44,624 nt of DNA from Perkinsus olseni (lineage: Eukaryota): assembly GCA_013115125.1 (NCBI GenBank), contig JABANN010000270.1, positions 1-44,624 of the forward strand, read 5' to 3'. Below, piece after piece: positions 12,258 through 24,829 of this stretch (the first letter of the stretch is position 1; every line of letters starts with the position of its first letter). The translations under genes and the position numbers were made by a program. The notes below the pieces were generated by a model. That model was not told where the DNA came from. It worked only from the letters and a program-made list of their open reading frames with translations, and did no database searches.

Positions 12258-12652
12258 CGGGGTGTTCAATAGACCTCTCCTGAAACTCGAGAGCGCTCCC
12301 AGGAGCGAAGTTTCCCAGATCTTGTTCAAAAGATCTGCCTCAGGGGCGCTTCCAGGAGTGATCTCAGGATCACTCCCGAACGTGTTCAATACAGTTCGCG
12401 CTCGCCCCCAGGTGCGCTCCTGGGAGAGCTAATTTCAGGATAGTTCTCACCGCTCCTGAGAATGCGCAAGACGAACACCACCGCATTGGAAGTTCAGCAC
12501 AACACGGTTATCGCAATTGAGTTCGCTCCCGGGAGCGCTCCTGCAAAGTTTCAAGAGCGAGTCTATTGAACACAATTCCAGGAAGGCTCTTCAAAAGCGC
12601 TCTTTAAGAGCCCTCCTGGGATCGAACTTGGCCTCGACTATTGAACACCCCG
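12258..12652. mobile_element. MITE (non-autonomous DNA transposon), 395 bp, 15-bp TIRs, 3-bp AAT TSD
   Basis: cggggtgttcaatag (12258-12272) and ctattgaacaccccg (12638-12652) are perfect inverted repeats. AAT lies on both flanks (12255-12257, 12653-12655). Internal degenerate GAGCGCTCCCAGGAGCG-type repeats. Confidence 0.85.
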
Positions 12653-12856
12653 AATGGTCGTCAGTTTGAACTTGCGCGGATCAGCCAGCGCTCGCCATTC
12701 TGATCGATATTCAACTTGCCTTCCGCCAGTTGAGTTGAGTTGCGTTGCCGTGGCTGTTATAGTGTATCTATCGACTTGCCGAGAAGGGTGTTTTATATGA
12801 GTGTGTTGCCGTAGCTCAACTCGTCGTAGCTCACCCGACGAGCCATTACGACGGCG

Positions 12857-15800
12857 ATGGCATCGGGGCAGAGAGGTTTCAATGTGAAGTGCCTTGCTGC
12901 CACCCTATGGAGCGAAGCCAAGACGGAAGAGTTTATCGAACGGGGAGATACCAGAAGAGTCTGTGATGTGGTGAAGTTGTGGTATGCCCTGGTAGTCGTT
13001 CTTTGCCTTGTTAATATGGCATCAACGAAGCCCGACAAAAGAGTGGACGATGACTTGGAGGGCGAAGATGAGCTAACACAGCAGGAACGGCAGAAGGGGG
13101 TTTATCAACGTCAGGGCACTTACCGGGAGAAGGCTTTACATAGGGTACGTTAATTACATGGGATAGAGTGCGGTCTGGATTGGCAGCGCTGGTGATTCTC
13201 AGGTGCTATCACCACAGCGTGCTGACCCCTTCTCATCCGAGACACCCGCTGCGGATTTGACCACCTATTCGGATGTGGCACAACAGGCCTCTTTACAGAA
13301 GGAGAGGGCGGAGGTAGTGAAGGGAAGTACGTCCACTGTACCCATTCTACCGTACAAATACTGACAGGCAACTTACACAGAACAAAAATTTTTCGTACTG
13401 TTTGACGCCTGATGGGACAGCAGGGAGCTTTGAATCTTCTAGCGGTTGAACGCTCTGTGACGGTGTGGAGGGGCCTGGCAGGCATGGCGAGTTGCGGTGG
13501 AATCAGGTACTAAGGCAGATCCAGACTCAGAAGAAGGAAGGGGAGAATGGTGTTGGGGTAAAACGGAAAGACGAAGGCAAAGATGAGGACTCGAAAAAGG
13601 AAGAAGTCAAGAAGCGACGTAGCGGTAGGACTGCTGCTGCCGGCTTCACCTTAGTTGTGGAAGTATCCGCTGTAGGATTCGATATTAAGGAGCCGGATGA
13701 CCGCTGGGAGACACCTGTGGCCGGGTCTGGAGAGTGGGGCGAGACCCCGGCCGTCGGGGCGTTCGGTGGCGGGGAACCCGCTACGAAGAAGAAACGTATG
13801 ATGCCTGTGTAGTGGCGCTCCGACGGTGGAGCTGGTCGTCGTTTGCTAGGTGTGTCCCGCTTCTCCGATGCTCCTCCCGAGACGCCCTACGGGGCTGGCG
13901 GGGAGACTCCGGACGGCAGCGGCAGTATGGGAGAGACTCCAGTGACCAGGAGCAGATGGGATGATGCTGTGGGCCGAACGCCAGGTAGTAGGAGGGGAGG
14001 TCGAAGGAATGGGTAAGGTGGGTGGTACCTGTTTATGTTTCAGCTACAGCAGGAGCCACCCCGGGAGCCACTCCTTTGGTGGCCGCGACTCCAGGGACGA
14101 CTCCCCTTTTCCAGCCTGGCATGGAGACGCCGATGGGGCTCACACCGCAGTTCCAGGCTGCTGGGTAGTAATAGCAGCGGGGGTTTTTTTCTCTTACGCT
14201 GGACTGCCGTAATGCATTTTCTGAGTTGTGTTGCCTTAGGTATGGTATGACTCGATTGGACCGAGAGCTTGACGTGAGGAACCGGTACGTATGCTGGCTG
14301 CTTGCCGAAGGCGTAGTGGTTGCTGTACTCAGGTACATGACTGATGATGAGATTGATGCGCTGCTGCCGCTGACGGGCTATGAGATTGTGAAGGCACCGG
14401 AAGGGTAGTATTGGGGCGTCCGGTGGGATGGGGGTACTTCACCGCATGGGTAGGTATGAGGCACAGCAGCAGGCCCATCGGATGAGCGTGAATCAGGCTG
14501 CCACTCCTCTGGGGGAGACTACTGGCTTCTCAAGTAGGGTCGGGGGATTGTCACGAGGGAAAGGCTGTATCGTCGTTCATGTTAGTGCCTTCGGGTGGCG
14601 CTACCCCGGCTATGATGGCTGGACTGGATGCCTCCACGGCTGGTCTGAGTGATGCTGGTACGGGACTGGTCCACCCCAAGTAGGTTCATCAGAGTTTATC
14701 ATCTGCTGCCGCTGTGATGGAGCTGCTGTAGGTATGGTGGAGCTGGTGATTTGCCGGACCTTCGACCGGAGGATGTACAGCACTTCTCTGCCCTTATACA
14801 GGTGAGGGACCGGGTGATGTGCTAAGTGAGGGGCCGTGGCACGAGCGTTTGGAGATTCAGGAGATGAATATTCGATAGGATTCGGCCGTGGATTCGCCCT
14901 TAACTATTCCGTTAGATTGTCCTCTTTTGTTCGTATTGTTATGATAGCAGTCCTAGCTCGTACGGTATTGGGGACACCGAATGAGGAAAACTGCCCTCGT
15001 GCGATGGCTTTTCTCTCGTCAGGGTGGTGAGACTGATGATAATCTGAGCCCCGAGGAGGCGAAGGAGAGGAAGGTTATGGCCTTGCTCTTGAAGGTTAAA
15101 AACGGTGAGCTCAACTTGGGTCGATGATTTTGCTGTGATGAGTGCTGTTTGGTCGGTAGGCACGCCGCAAATGCGTAAAATGGCTATGAGGGAGATCACG
15201 GAGCGGGCAAGGCAGTTCGGACCGGACGCTCTGTTCAACCAGATTCTGCCTCTCCTCATGAGCACCACCTTGGAAGACCAGGAACGGCATCTTTTGGTCA
15301 AGGTAGGCCGCTGCAGATCCGTCGGCCTGGCAGTCCCCTGCGCACCACTCAGGTTATCGACCGTGTCCTCCACAAGCTGGATGATATGGTCCGCCCCTAC
15401 GTTCATAAAATCTTGGTGGTTATAGAGCCTCTGTTGATCGATGAGGATTACTTCGCTCGTGTGGAGGGCCGAGAGATCATCTCGAATCTGTCAAAGGTGA
15501 AGCGTCTCTCCTGGGTTTGCTGTTACGGTCGTCTCTCCTCAGGCAGCTGGTTTGGCTACCATGATCGCGACTATGAGGCCCGATATCGATCATCCCGATG
15601 AGTAAGTCGGGGGTGCGCTTTTCTCTACGCAGATACATATGCCATTCTGATAGACTGCTGTGGGTGTGTGTTACTGCCTCGGCGTAGGTACGTCCGTAAC
15701 ACCACTGCTCGAGCGTTCGCTGTGGTAGCCAGCGCTCTGGGCGTACCACAGATCATGCTGTTCTTGAAGGCTGTATGCCAGAGTAAGAAGAGCTGGCAGG

Positions 15801-18800
15801 CTAGGCATACCGGCATCAAGATCGTAATACTGGGGAATCCTGGAAGTCGGCCTTGACGTGGTGGTGTCCGTGATGCAGGTCCAGCAGATCGCTCTCCTGA
15901 TGGGGTGTGGAGTCCTACCATACCTCAAGCAACTAGTGGACATAGTGCAGTTCGGGTTGGGAGATGAGCAACAAAAGGTAGAGGTTGATATCTTCCAGGC
16001 CGCTGGTCAGGCCGCGTGCTACAGGTCCGTACGATCACGGCGTTGGCTCTGGCTGCCTTGGCCGAGGCATCCTTCCCTTACGGTATTGAGTGCTTCGACA
16101 GCGTCCTCAGGCCACTATGGCGGGTAAGTTGTTAAAGCGACCTGAGCTAGTCAAGGTGCACGCCTGTCTTTATTAGGGTATCTGCGAACACCGCGGTAAG
16201 GGATTGGCGGCATTCCTCAAGGCCATCGGGTGAGTCTTACAGGCGGGGGGGATTGGAATGCACGCAGAAAAGACTAGGGGTATCATATCCCTGTCTTCCG
16301 GGGGTGTTATGGTACGGGCTTGCGTGTGAAGTTTTGTTGTCCCGGATATAAACAACAACAAGGTTGTGGATAGTCAGTCGTTGGCCAATTTCTGCTCGTC
16401 ATCGATACTGTCCTGCCGATGGTCGACCGCCCTGCCGCATTGCTCAGGTATATCATCCCGTTGATGGACGCCGAGCATGCCAACTACTACACTCGGGAAG
16501 TGATGATCATATTGGTGCGAGAGTTCTCGACTCCTGACGAGGAGATGAAGAAGATCGTAGGTTGACCCTGGCAAGATACGAAAGGGATTGCTGTGGTGTA
16601 GGTCCTGAAGGTTGTGAAGCAATGTGTAGCGACAGAGGGTGTTGAACCGGCCTATGTTCGTGAGGATATACTTCCGCCCTTTTTCCGAAACTTCTGGGTG
16701 GTCCGCATGGCCGCTGATCGCAGTAAGTGTGGCGGTGTCTGTTGCAGCGCTCAGCAGTGGCGTTGTTGTGGCTTAGGGAACTACAGGCAGCTGGTGGACA
16801 CTACGGTGGAGCTGGCCAGGAAGGTGGGCGGAGCGGAGATTATCCAGAGAATCGCCGAAGACCTGAAGGACAACAACGAGGCGTACTGATAGTGGTGATC
16901 TGGGTGGGGGCTTGGAACCGGGTGGCCAGGTACCGACGGATGGTGATGGAGACAATTGAGAAGATTGTGGATGAGATGGGCGTGCAGGATGTCGACTCTC
17001 GTCTGGAAGAGCAAGTATGATTTTACAGCGGAGCGAAGCTGGGTTGTTTATGACTTTTCTTTCAGATTGTTGATGGTATGCTGTATGCCTTCCAGGAGCA
17101 GTCGTCTGACGATACTCAGACGATGCTCAACGGCTTCGGCACCATAGTGAACTGCCTAGGGGTACTGCAGCTGCTGGTGCCGGTCGCATGAACCATAAGG
17201 GATGATGACCCTCTTTCAGGTCCGCATCAAGCCCTACTTGCCGCAGATCGCCGGTATCATCCGTTGGAGGCTGAACACACCCAGCGCCAGGGTAAGGACT
17301 TCCTTCGACGGCTGGCACTGATGGTGCCGTCAGGTGCGACAACAAGCAGCGGACTTAATAGCGCGTATTGCTGGCGTTATGAAGCTGTGTGGTGAGGAGC
17401 AGATGCTGGGACACTTCGGCCTCTTCCTCTACGAGTATCTTGGAGAGGAGTATCCTGAGGTCAGCATACGTGCCATAGTGATATCTTTTGTGTTGCGACT
17501 CTTGAAATTATGAGGACGCGGCATGACCGACTTTGTTGTCTATGGGAAGATGTACCGTTTAACAGGTGCTCGGATCGATCCTGGGTGCATTGAAGGCCAT
17601 CGTGAACGTCATCGGCATGACCAAGATGGCTCCGCCGATCAAGGATCTTCTTCCCCGGCTAACGCCCATTCTAAAAAATCGGCACGAGAAGGTTGAGGAG
17701 AACTGTAAGTGTTGTATCATCCGGTCCGCCCGCAGGTGACTTTGTCCTTAGGTATTGATCTTGTGGGCCGCATCGCCGATCGAGGTGCCGACTTGGCTCC
17801 TCCTAGAGAGTGGAACAGGATATGCTTCGACCTGCTGGAGTTACTCAAGGCACAGAAGAAGGGTATCCGACGAGCTGCCGTGAACACCTTCGGGTAGTTT
17901 GGGAACGAACTCACGCTAGTGGTCGGAGTATCCTCAAATCCATTGACCGCATATCCTGTCGCGGGAGAGGCATTGTCTTCTGTAAAGGTACATTGCCAAG
18001 GCTATCGGCCCCCACGATGTGATCGCTACCTTGCTCAACAACCTAAAGGTTCAGGAGCGACAGTTGAGGGTCTGCAGTAAGTCGTGGGAATTTCTAGGCG
18101 CGCGGTAATTTCGAGTGCCCATCTCAGCGACGGTGGCAATTGGTATCGTTGCGGAGACCTGCGGCCCTTTCACTGTGCTGCCTGCCATCATGAATGAATA
18201 CAAGGTGCCCGAGTTGAACGTACAGAACGGTATCCTCAAGAGCTTGTCATTCATGTTCGAGTAAGTTGCAAGGTGGCGTCGTGTGGGGTATCATTTATAG
18301 TGCGGTAATACAGCTAGATGGGCGCGGGAGTCTGAGTATCAACTGATAATTTAGTGTAGGGAGTAGCATTGAGGATCAGCGGGGGCGTCCCGGTTGTCCA
18401 GGAGCCCTTTCGGGTCCGACTCGTCCCACCGCTGTATGTCATTGTCGTCTTCTATCGGTGATCCTTATTGGTGTATCAGGTATATTGGTGAGATGGGCAA
18501 GGACTACGTCCATGCGGTGACCCCTCTGCTCGAGGATGCCCTCATCGACAGAGACCTGGTGCATCGCCAGACTGCCACTTGGGCGACCAAGCATATGGCC
18601 TTGGGTAGCATTACCAGGCTTCCCTGTAGACAGGACTGTTCTTGCCATGAGTTTAGGTGTTCATGCTTTGGGTCAAGAGGAGTGCCTTGAGCATCTCATG
18701 AACTATATCTTCCCCAATATCTTCGAGACAGCCCCTCATATGATACAAGTACTACGGCGTGGCCTTCCGGGGTGGCGGTTGGCTGCAAGACTGCGTTTTC

Positions 18801-19239
18801 TCTCAGGCCTTCTTCGATGCGATGGACGCTATGCGAGTGAGCATTGGACCTTGCCGAGTGCTCCAGTAAGCGGTCGTTGGTGACCAGTGCAAGTCCGCAC
18901 ACCGTCCGACCATCAGATACGTCGTTCAAGGGCTGTGGCATCCGGCGCGGCGCGTACGGGAGTGCTACTGGCGAGTGTACAACTCTCTGTACATTGGAGC
19001 TGAGGACGCACTGGTGGGACTACCTCTAGGGGGAGGGGTCGGTCATATTACCTACAGGTTGCCTTTTACCCGCGTATTCCGCTGACATGGGACGGTCAGG
19101 ATGAGGAGCAGGACCATCCTGAAGTACCCAAGCTTGGACCGTAAGTGACGGGGGAGAGACGGGCACTGGGGGCCAAGAGGTTGCCGTTGGCAGGTACAAC
19201 AACCGATACTGGCGTACCGAGATGGACTTGATCATTTGA
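12857..19239 (+). CDS. SF3B1: Splicing factor 3B subunit 1 (U2 snRNP), many exons; start may be 12857 or 13017
   Basis: RWETP/WGETP repeats; [94 protein letters not shown]-terminus [10 protein letters not shown] (TGA 19237-19239). Confidence 0.97.
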
Positions 19240-19324
19240 TGAGGGCACAGTAGAAGAAGCGTCACTGCGCCACGAAATTGCAGTGCGGCGGCCTTACGTT
19301 ACAGCTGAACGTCGTTATTTACTA

Positions 19325-20400
19325 TTACTCTCTGGCGGAAGGGTTGTCGAGACTTGGCAGTCTAGAAAATCTCGAGAACAGTATTTTCCGTGCTAAAGTG
19401 ATGCAGTGAGTCGCGTTGTTCAATACAGGTGGATGTGTTAGAACCGGGGAGGCGAGATTGAGTAGCTCCTTTTTTACGGTGATGGCATCCTCGTCCTCCT
19501 GGACCGAGGTCAATCTGTCTAAGTGGGCGACTAACTACCTCAGTGATTCGCGCAACTGGGAGTGCGTGGAGTACCCAGAGAGGATTGGGGAGAGCACGCC
19601 CGCCTTGAAGTAGGATTGGCTGGGGACTGGGTGAAAGAAAGCCTTGTGTACTTCGCAACGCCATAGTCCTGGTCCGTTGTCAGAGTCCTCAAGGTACATG
19701 TGCGGGGGTGCGACGCGACCGCCACGATGAGCAAGAAGGGTATCACTGCAATCTATGAGATACGCGTGACGGCCGATGTCAAAGTAGGTCGTGAGGAAGG
19801 TATAATAAGTAGGAACCATTCCCTCAGGTTACACTGCCGATAGACAAGGGAAAGTCCCTATGTGAGGCAAAGGGCGAGATCAGCGTGCCTTGTGTGAGGC
19901 CGGCCCCGCCGTCTACTGGGCGATCAGGTTTCTTTTGCAGATCGATTCCGTCGACGCTGAAGACGGGTTCCGAGATACCAAGGTGAACTTCATCCCATCC
20001 ATGAACTACCAGCCGGGGGCTGACGAGGTTGGGCTGTCCCCTCGACTCCTCGTAGCAATTTTCTCTCTGCCGTTCAGAACCTGAGGGCGTTGATGTGCTC
20101 ACTTTTGGAGCGGTGTAAACAGGACCTGCCGCTCGTCGTCCGAAGGGCCCTGGTTCAGTTCGACCGGCGTATCAAAGAGGAAGCTTCCAACGTCCTAGTT
20201 CCGAGTGCTTAGTTTCCACCAATTATTGGGCTTGTCCTGAGCTAGTTGGAGTCAATCGGGCAGACCTCAGGATTCGGGCACATCGATCTTGTAGGGCCCT
20301 CTCCCGACCGAAAGGCCACCACTGTTCCCTTGCGGTCGTAGTTGGCGATACGTATACGGCCTTCGCAGTGTAGCGATGGTGAATCGTATTGGTCATCCTA
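19325..20400 (-). CDS. Hypothetical multi-exon protein (5' end uncertain)
   Basis: Minus-strand coding-like exons (e.g. 19535-19819) with GT-AG boundaries, ending ..LDNPSARE* convergent with SF3B1. Confidence 0.35.
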
Positions 20401-20629
20401 TTAGGGAGATGAGGAGCCCTTTCTCTGTGTCTTTCACAGTTCGGAAAGATGATAGTCGTGAGGGAAGCCGATGGGCTCCTGCCTCCTCTGTGATGAACGC
20501 TTGTGCTTCTCTTCTCCTCCTATAGGGTGTCACTTCATATAGGAGAGTATGCTCTACGGTTCCTCGAAGCTTATCATTCTGTGTGAGGGAATCTTAGGTC
20601 GCTGGCGGTCAGATTCAGGTAGCGCTCTC

Positions 20630-22090
20630 ATGGCCACCACCGTCTTCTCCACACCAAAGCCAACCCCGCTGAAGCAGCTCGGCAGCAGCCCCATGCCCAT
20701 GCAAGGAGCCCCACAGGTCGCAGTATCCCCTCATAGATGGACCAGTCTGACGGCCAACCATCGTAAAGCACAAGCTTACGACCCCAAATGCTCATGGCCA
20801 CCGCCGCCCGTGTTGAAGGTGCGCTTTTGGGTGCCCAAGGCCAGCCCATTGTCTTTTGAGATTTCAGTCTGACAGTGGAGCTCCGACTCTGGCCCCAGTG
20901 GGTGCGATGACCGGTTCCACTGCTAACCCTCTAGGGCAGTTCAAGCCGTTTAGCTTCAATGGTGGACGTGGACTCAGTCCACCAGTGGTCCGTCGAGCTA
21001 CCGAAGCTCCTCCTGTGAGGGAGCGGTGAAGGTGGACCGTCAGACTATTGAGCCCCCTCCCCTCAGGCGCACAGAGCTGGATCTCAGTTCGGGCCGAGGC
21101 CGCCCGCGGCGTCGTTACAGAACACACCTCGGCTGCTACGTGACTGCAATCCAATGTTCTTCGTATGATGCCTGATGGGGCTTCTGTTGAGACCACTCTC
21201 TCTTCAGTCCCCCCAGCCCCCGCGCTCGAGGCAGATTCCCGTGTCACCCCAGCAACCGGGCCTGTCCGTTCCACCCTCACCTCAAGCGGGGGTCAGGACA
21301 TACAGGTGGCCGCCTTTCTTCGGGATGTCCGAAGGCAGGAATGACCCTCTTGGTGCATCTCGTGTCACCACAAGTATTGGGCCGCCTTCGTTTGGAGTAG
21401 CACGCGAGGCCACTGCGCCTAGCAGCAGACAGGTGGATCGCTGACAGCTGGTTGAGCGTTGATTCCTCGTGATTAGTTCTTCGCCCCAATGACCCCTCTC
21501 ACTGCGCAGCCTGTGATGGGGCTTAGCGTATCGGGAAGGGAGGTGCAAGGTCGCGTTGTGAGGAGAATTAGAATCGGCGTTGATGGGGCGGTGAAGTCCA
21601 TCGAGGACCTGTAGTGTCACCATAGTTCTTCCCTGCCCACCCGTCTTCTCGTCAGTACTGATGATGGCCCACCTCGGCAAGCAGGGAGCATTGATGCTCC
21701 AGCGGTCAATAGGGCTGCTACAGTGAGCCTTCCCAGGTACGGCCCTGTCAGCTTTCGGTGAAACTGAGTGAACGCTGGGTCATTGTGCTCAGTTGGGTGG
21801 TTCTCAGGACTTCACAAGTCGGTGGGGCCAGAGCCACTGCCCAGGTGGAATCAGGCGGGTCGGTGGTGACGACCTCGGTGAGCGTTGGCAACAACAAGCC
21901 TCCCCTGGCACCAAGATTCCAGCCAATTAGTAGCCAGACGCAGTCCTCATTCCGTACTAGCCTCACCACTACTACTGCTACCAACAGGCCAGCAGCTCCC
22001 ACAGAGCGCACGCGAGTGCAAGCTAGAGTCTGGGGAGCTGTCTCGGGTGAGGGTCTTCTGCTCTGGCACTGTCGGCTGAGCTCCTCTTCC
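20630..22090 (+). CDS. Hypothetical Ser/Thr/Pro-rich low-complexity protein (multi-exon, approximate)
   Basis: MATTVFSTPKPTPLKQ start and successive S/T/P-rich exons separated by short GT-AG introns. Confidence 0.3.
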
Positions 22091-22282
22091 TCACAGGGGG
22101 CAAGATAGACTCAACCTTCCAAGCTGGAGCCTCTCGAGGATACGTTTACGAAGAGGGCTAGACGGTATCAGAGAGTCCAGGTCTTCCCTTACCCCAGGGG
22201 CACCACCATTGCAGTGTAGACCGTATGTGCCCAGTGAGGGCACCATTCATTAGTGTTCGAGCAGTATCAGTATCATCCCATC

Positions 22283-23390
22283 ATGTCCCTCCATAGCAAT
22301 AACCAATCTCATGCATCCACCACGATCAACAGTGAAGCCTTCGTGTGTGAGTGGGCGCGGCCTCGTACCACCAGCGTGGGAGCCATCTCGCCCAAATCTT
22401 TGTCCTTCTTCTTCAATGCCCGCTGATTCACGGACACCGCGGTCTTCCTCTTCCCTGGTGTCACCTAGCAGTGCAGCTCCCAGCTGGTGTCGGTGTGGTT
22501 GTGGCGGTCGAAAGTGGCCCCGCCGATTGCTCGTGTGCTTGGCAGTCGGCTACGCCTGTTGGTTCGCGCTCCTCATGGTGAGTCGTGCTAGCCCCGCACA
22601 GCTAGCCGTCACGGCTGTCTCACTTCAGGTGGCGCATGCCGTTACGGGCGACTTGGTCTCCGGCTGGATCAGATTCTGCACCTCTGTGGATGTCCGGACA
22701 TGGACGTTCGTCGTGTTCGGGTCCTTTGTTGGTGCCCTCATCACACTGGCCCCGTCATACTATCTGATTAGAAAGTAGCTATCGCGCTTCGTGTCAGCGG
22801 GATCCTGTCCCCCTTCAGGGCTCCGACCTTGGAGTCCCTGATTGATGGTAATGTGCACAGTGTGGCCGACTCTGATGAGACCACCTTTGCCGAAGTTTGT
22901 GTGGAAGCGCTCACCCACTTGCCAGCTGCGACGCGATCACTAGGCCCACGGGCAACAGTAAGATACCGTCATTGGGCTGTTCCATGCGTACGGACAGCAC
23001 AGAACGTAGGGCAATACATCCAATGCTTTCTCAAGCTTCATTACGATATCTTCTTGGCAGTCACGGCGCTTAGCCGTGCTACGGTAGTTTGGAGATGATG
23101 GATCGTCTCTTTCGGCTTAGGCCTCGACTGGAGTTCCCCCTGGGGCACGCCACTTGCTTCGTGACGACGACGATGGTGGTGGTGGAGCGTCGCCTATTGA
23201 CGCCATTTACCCAGCACCTTCCGCTCCGCCCCTCCCCAGTGTGGGATCCCTACCAACTGGTGAGTGCAGGGCCCACCAGCAGCAAGAGATTCGACCGAGC
23301 CGGGTGCCCGACCAGAAGCGTGTGATGCAGCCCACCCTATAGGATCTCCTACTCGGTCAGCTAGAGGGAGCCGTCCTCGGGGACGCGCAT
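22283..23390 (+). CDS. Hypothetical membrane protein (approximate)
   Basis: Two hydrophobic segments: LLVCLAVGYACWFALLM and WTFVVFGSFVGALITLAPSYYLI. Confidence 0.35.
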
Positions 23391-23835
23391 GTACCGTCAC
23401 CAGTAGGCTTGGATGAATTGTAATATTACTGTCTCTGCTTCGCCACCGACTGTGGTGTTTTGAATGACTTCAATACGGCTGGGTGGAGGTGGCAGCCATT
23501 CCCGGATCGGCCGTGTCACGGTAGGCTGGCCATCACGGCGAGTAACGGTGTACGCGTGCGGCACGCGTATCGGGTGATGGCTGCACGCATGCACATGGCC
23601 AGCTGTAGCTAGACATCATTCCTACGCACTAGGTGCGCCCTCTCTGTGGGTTTGACTCATCGCTATGATGAGGTCTCGGTTGAGCCTAGCTTCGACTGCT
23701 TTGTCGCGGGGATGGACTTGTATTCTGGCTAGTTATAGCAGTTAGTCCGCTAACGGTGTCCTTAGCCAACGCTGACCTCGATCCGCGTGGCTCTGCTTCT
23801 CATTGTGTGGTGATCAGTAGCGATACCCCCACCGG

Positions 23836-24728
23836 ATGGTCCAACCATCGGCAGCGGCATCAAAGACAGATCAGCCAGCGGTTCCCCCCGGTCCGAGGAA
23901 GGTTACCTCAGTGAGCCCCTTGAGGAGGGCGGCCTCCGAGCTATACGCCGGATGCAGGTGGAGCTAGAGGGCCTGAGGAGAGTCTTTGACTGGATCGACA
24001 CTAAGAAGGACGGAGTCCTCGACTTCGAGGAAGTCCTCTCGGCCTTCTATCGGGTTGGTTACAGACCCTCTAAGGCCGACGTTGAGCAGTACATCTGGTG
24101 AGCACCTTCTCCTTCGCCCCCCGGGGGACCACGGCAGCCGCCTTAGGGAGGTAGACGATGACCTCGACGGCACGGTGTCCTGGGATGAGCTATTGGTCAT
24201 GTACCAACGGTGCATACTGGACAAGACTGGACTGGAGCCCAGGGGGCTCTTCACCCTCATCGAATTCCTTCTGTAGGACTCTCCGTCTGTCTCGGCCGCT
24301 ATCGCGCGCTTTTAGTTTCGACAAGGAGTTCAAAGGAGAGATCGCCGTCGAAAACACGCTAGAGGTGCTCTTCGTGCGTCATGGCCGGGAGAGGTGCCCT
24401 CCGTCGCACCCCTGTCGCCGGTCGAACTCGGCTGCTTTAGGCTAGATGAGGAGATCCGAGAGATCTTCGGAGCGACAGCCAGCGCTGGTGTGGAGACCGG
24501 CCAGGAGACCACCATTAACTTCTCAGACTTCCGGGCTGGAGCGAACGAGAGACTTCGAGCCCTTCGCTGTGGCAGAGGGAAGGTCACCCAGCCAGCTGCA
24601 TCGATGACCCCAGCCAAGGTACAGTGTGCTCGTGCGTGCGGGCTATGTTGTGGTGACGCCGTTGGTAGAGTGGCGGGCCGTCCCGAGTTGCCCCTAAGTC
24701 GAGCAGGAGATGCCCTACCATGAAGTGA
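23836..24728 (+). CDS. Calmodulin-like EF-hand protein
   Basis: LRRVFDWIDTKKDGVLDFEE and IWEVDDDLDGTVSWDEL EF-hand loops, followed by YQRCILDKTGLEPRGLFTLIEFLLFDKEFKGEI. Confidence 0.8.
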
Positions 24729-24829
24729 TGTCGGTGATCATGATCACGGGCCGTCCTACTTTCCAACCCTTTCCTCCTTGTGTTATCCCTACCATTGTGG
24801 CTCACGGTCATTCTCATTGGTCATTCGCA

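Noticed and set aside
15590-16030. Possible natural substitutions at SF3B1 branch-point hotspots (human E622, R625, H662, K666, K700)
   Set aside because: All are conserved (DEYVRN, RHTGIK, EQQKVR).
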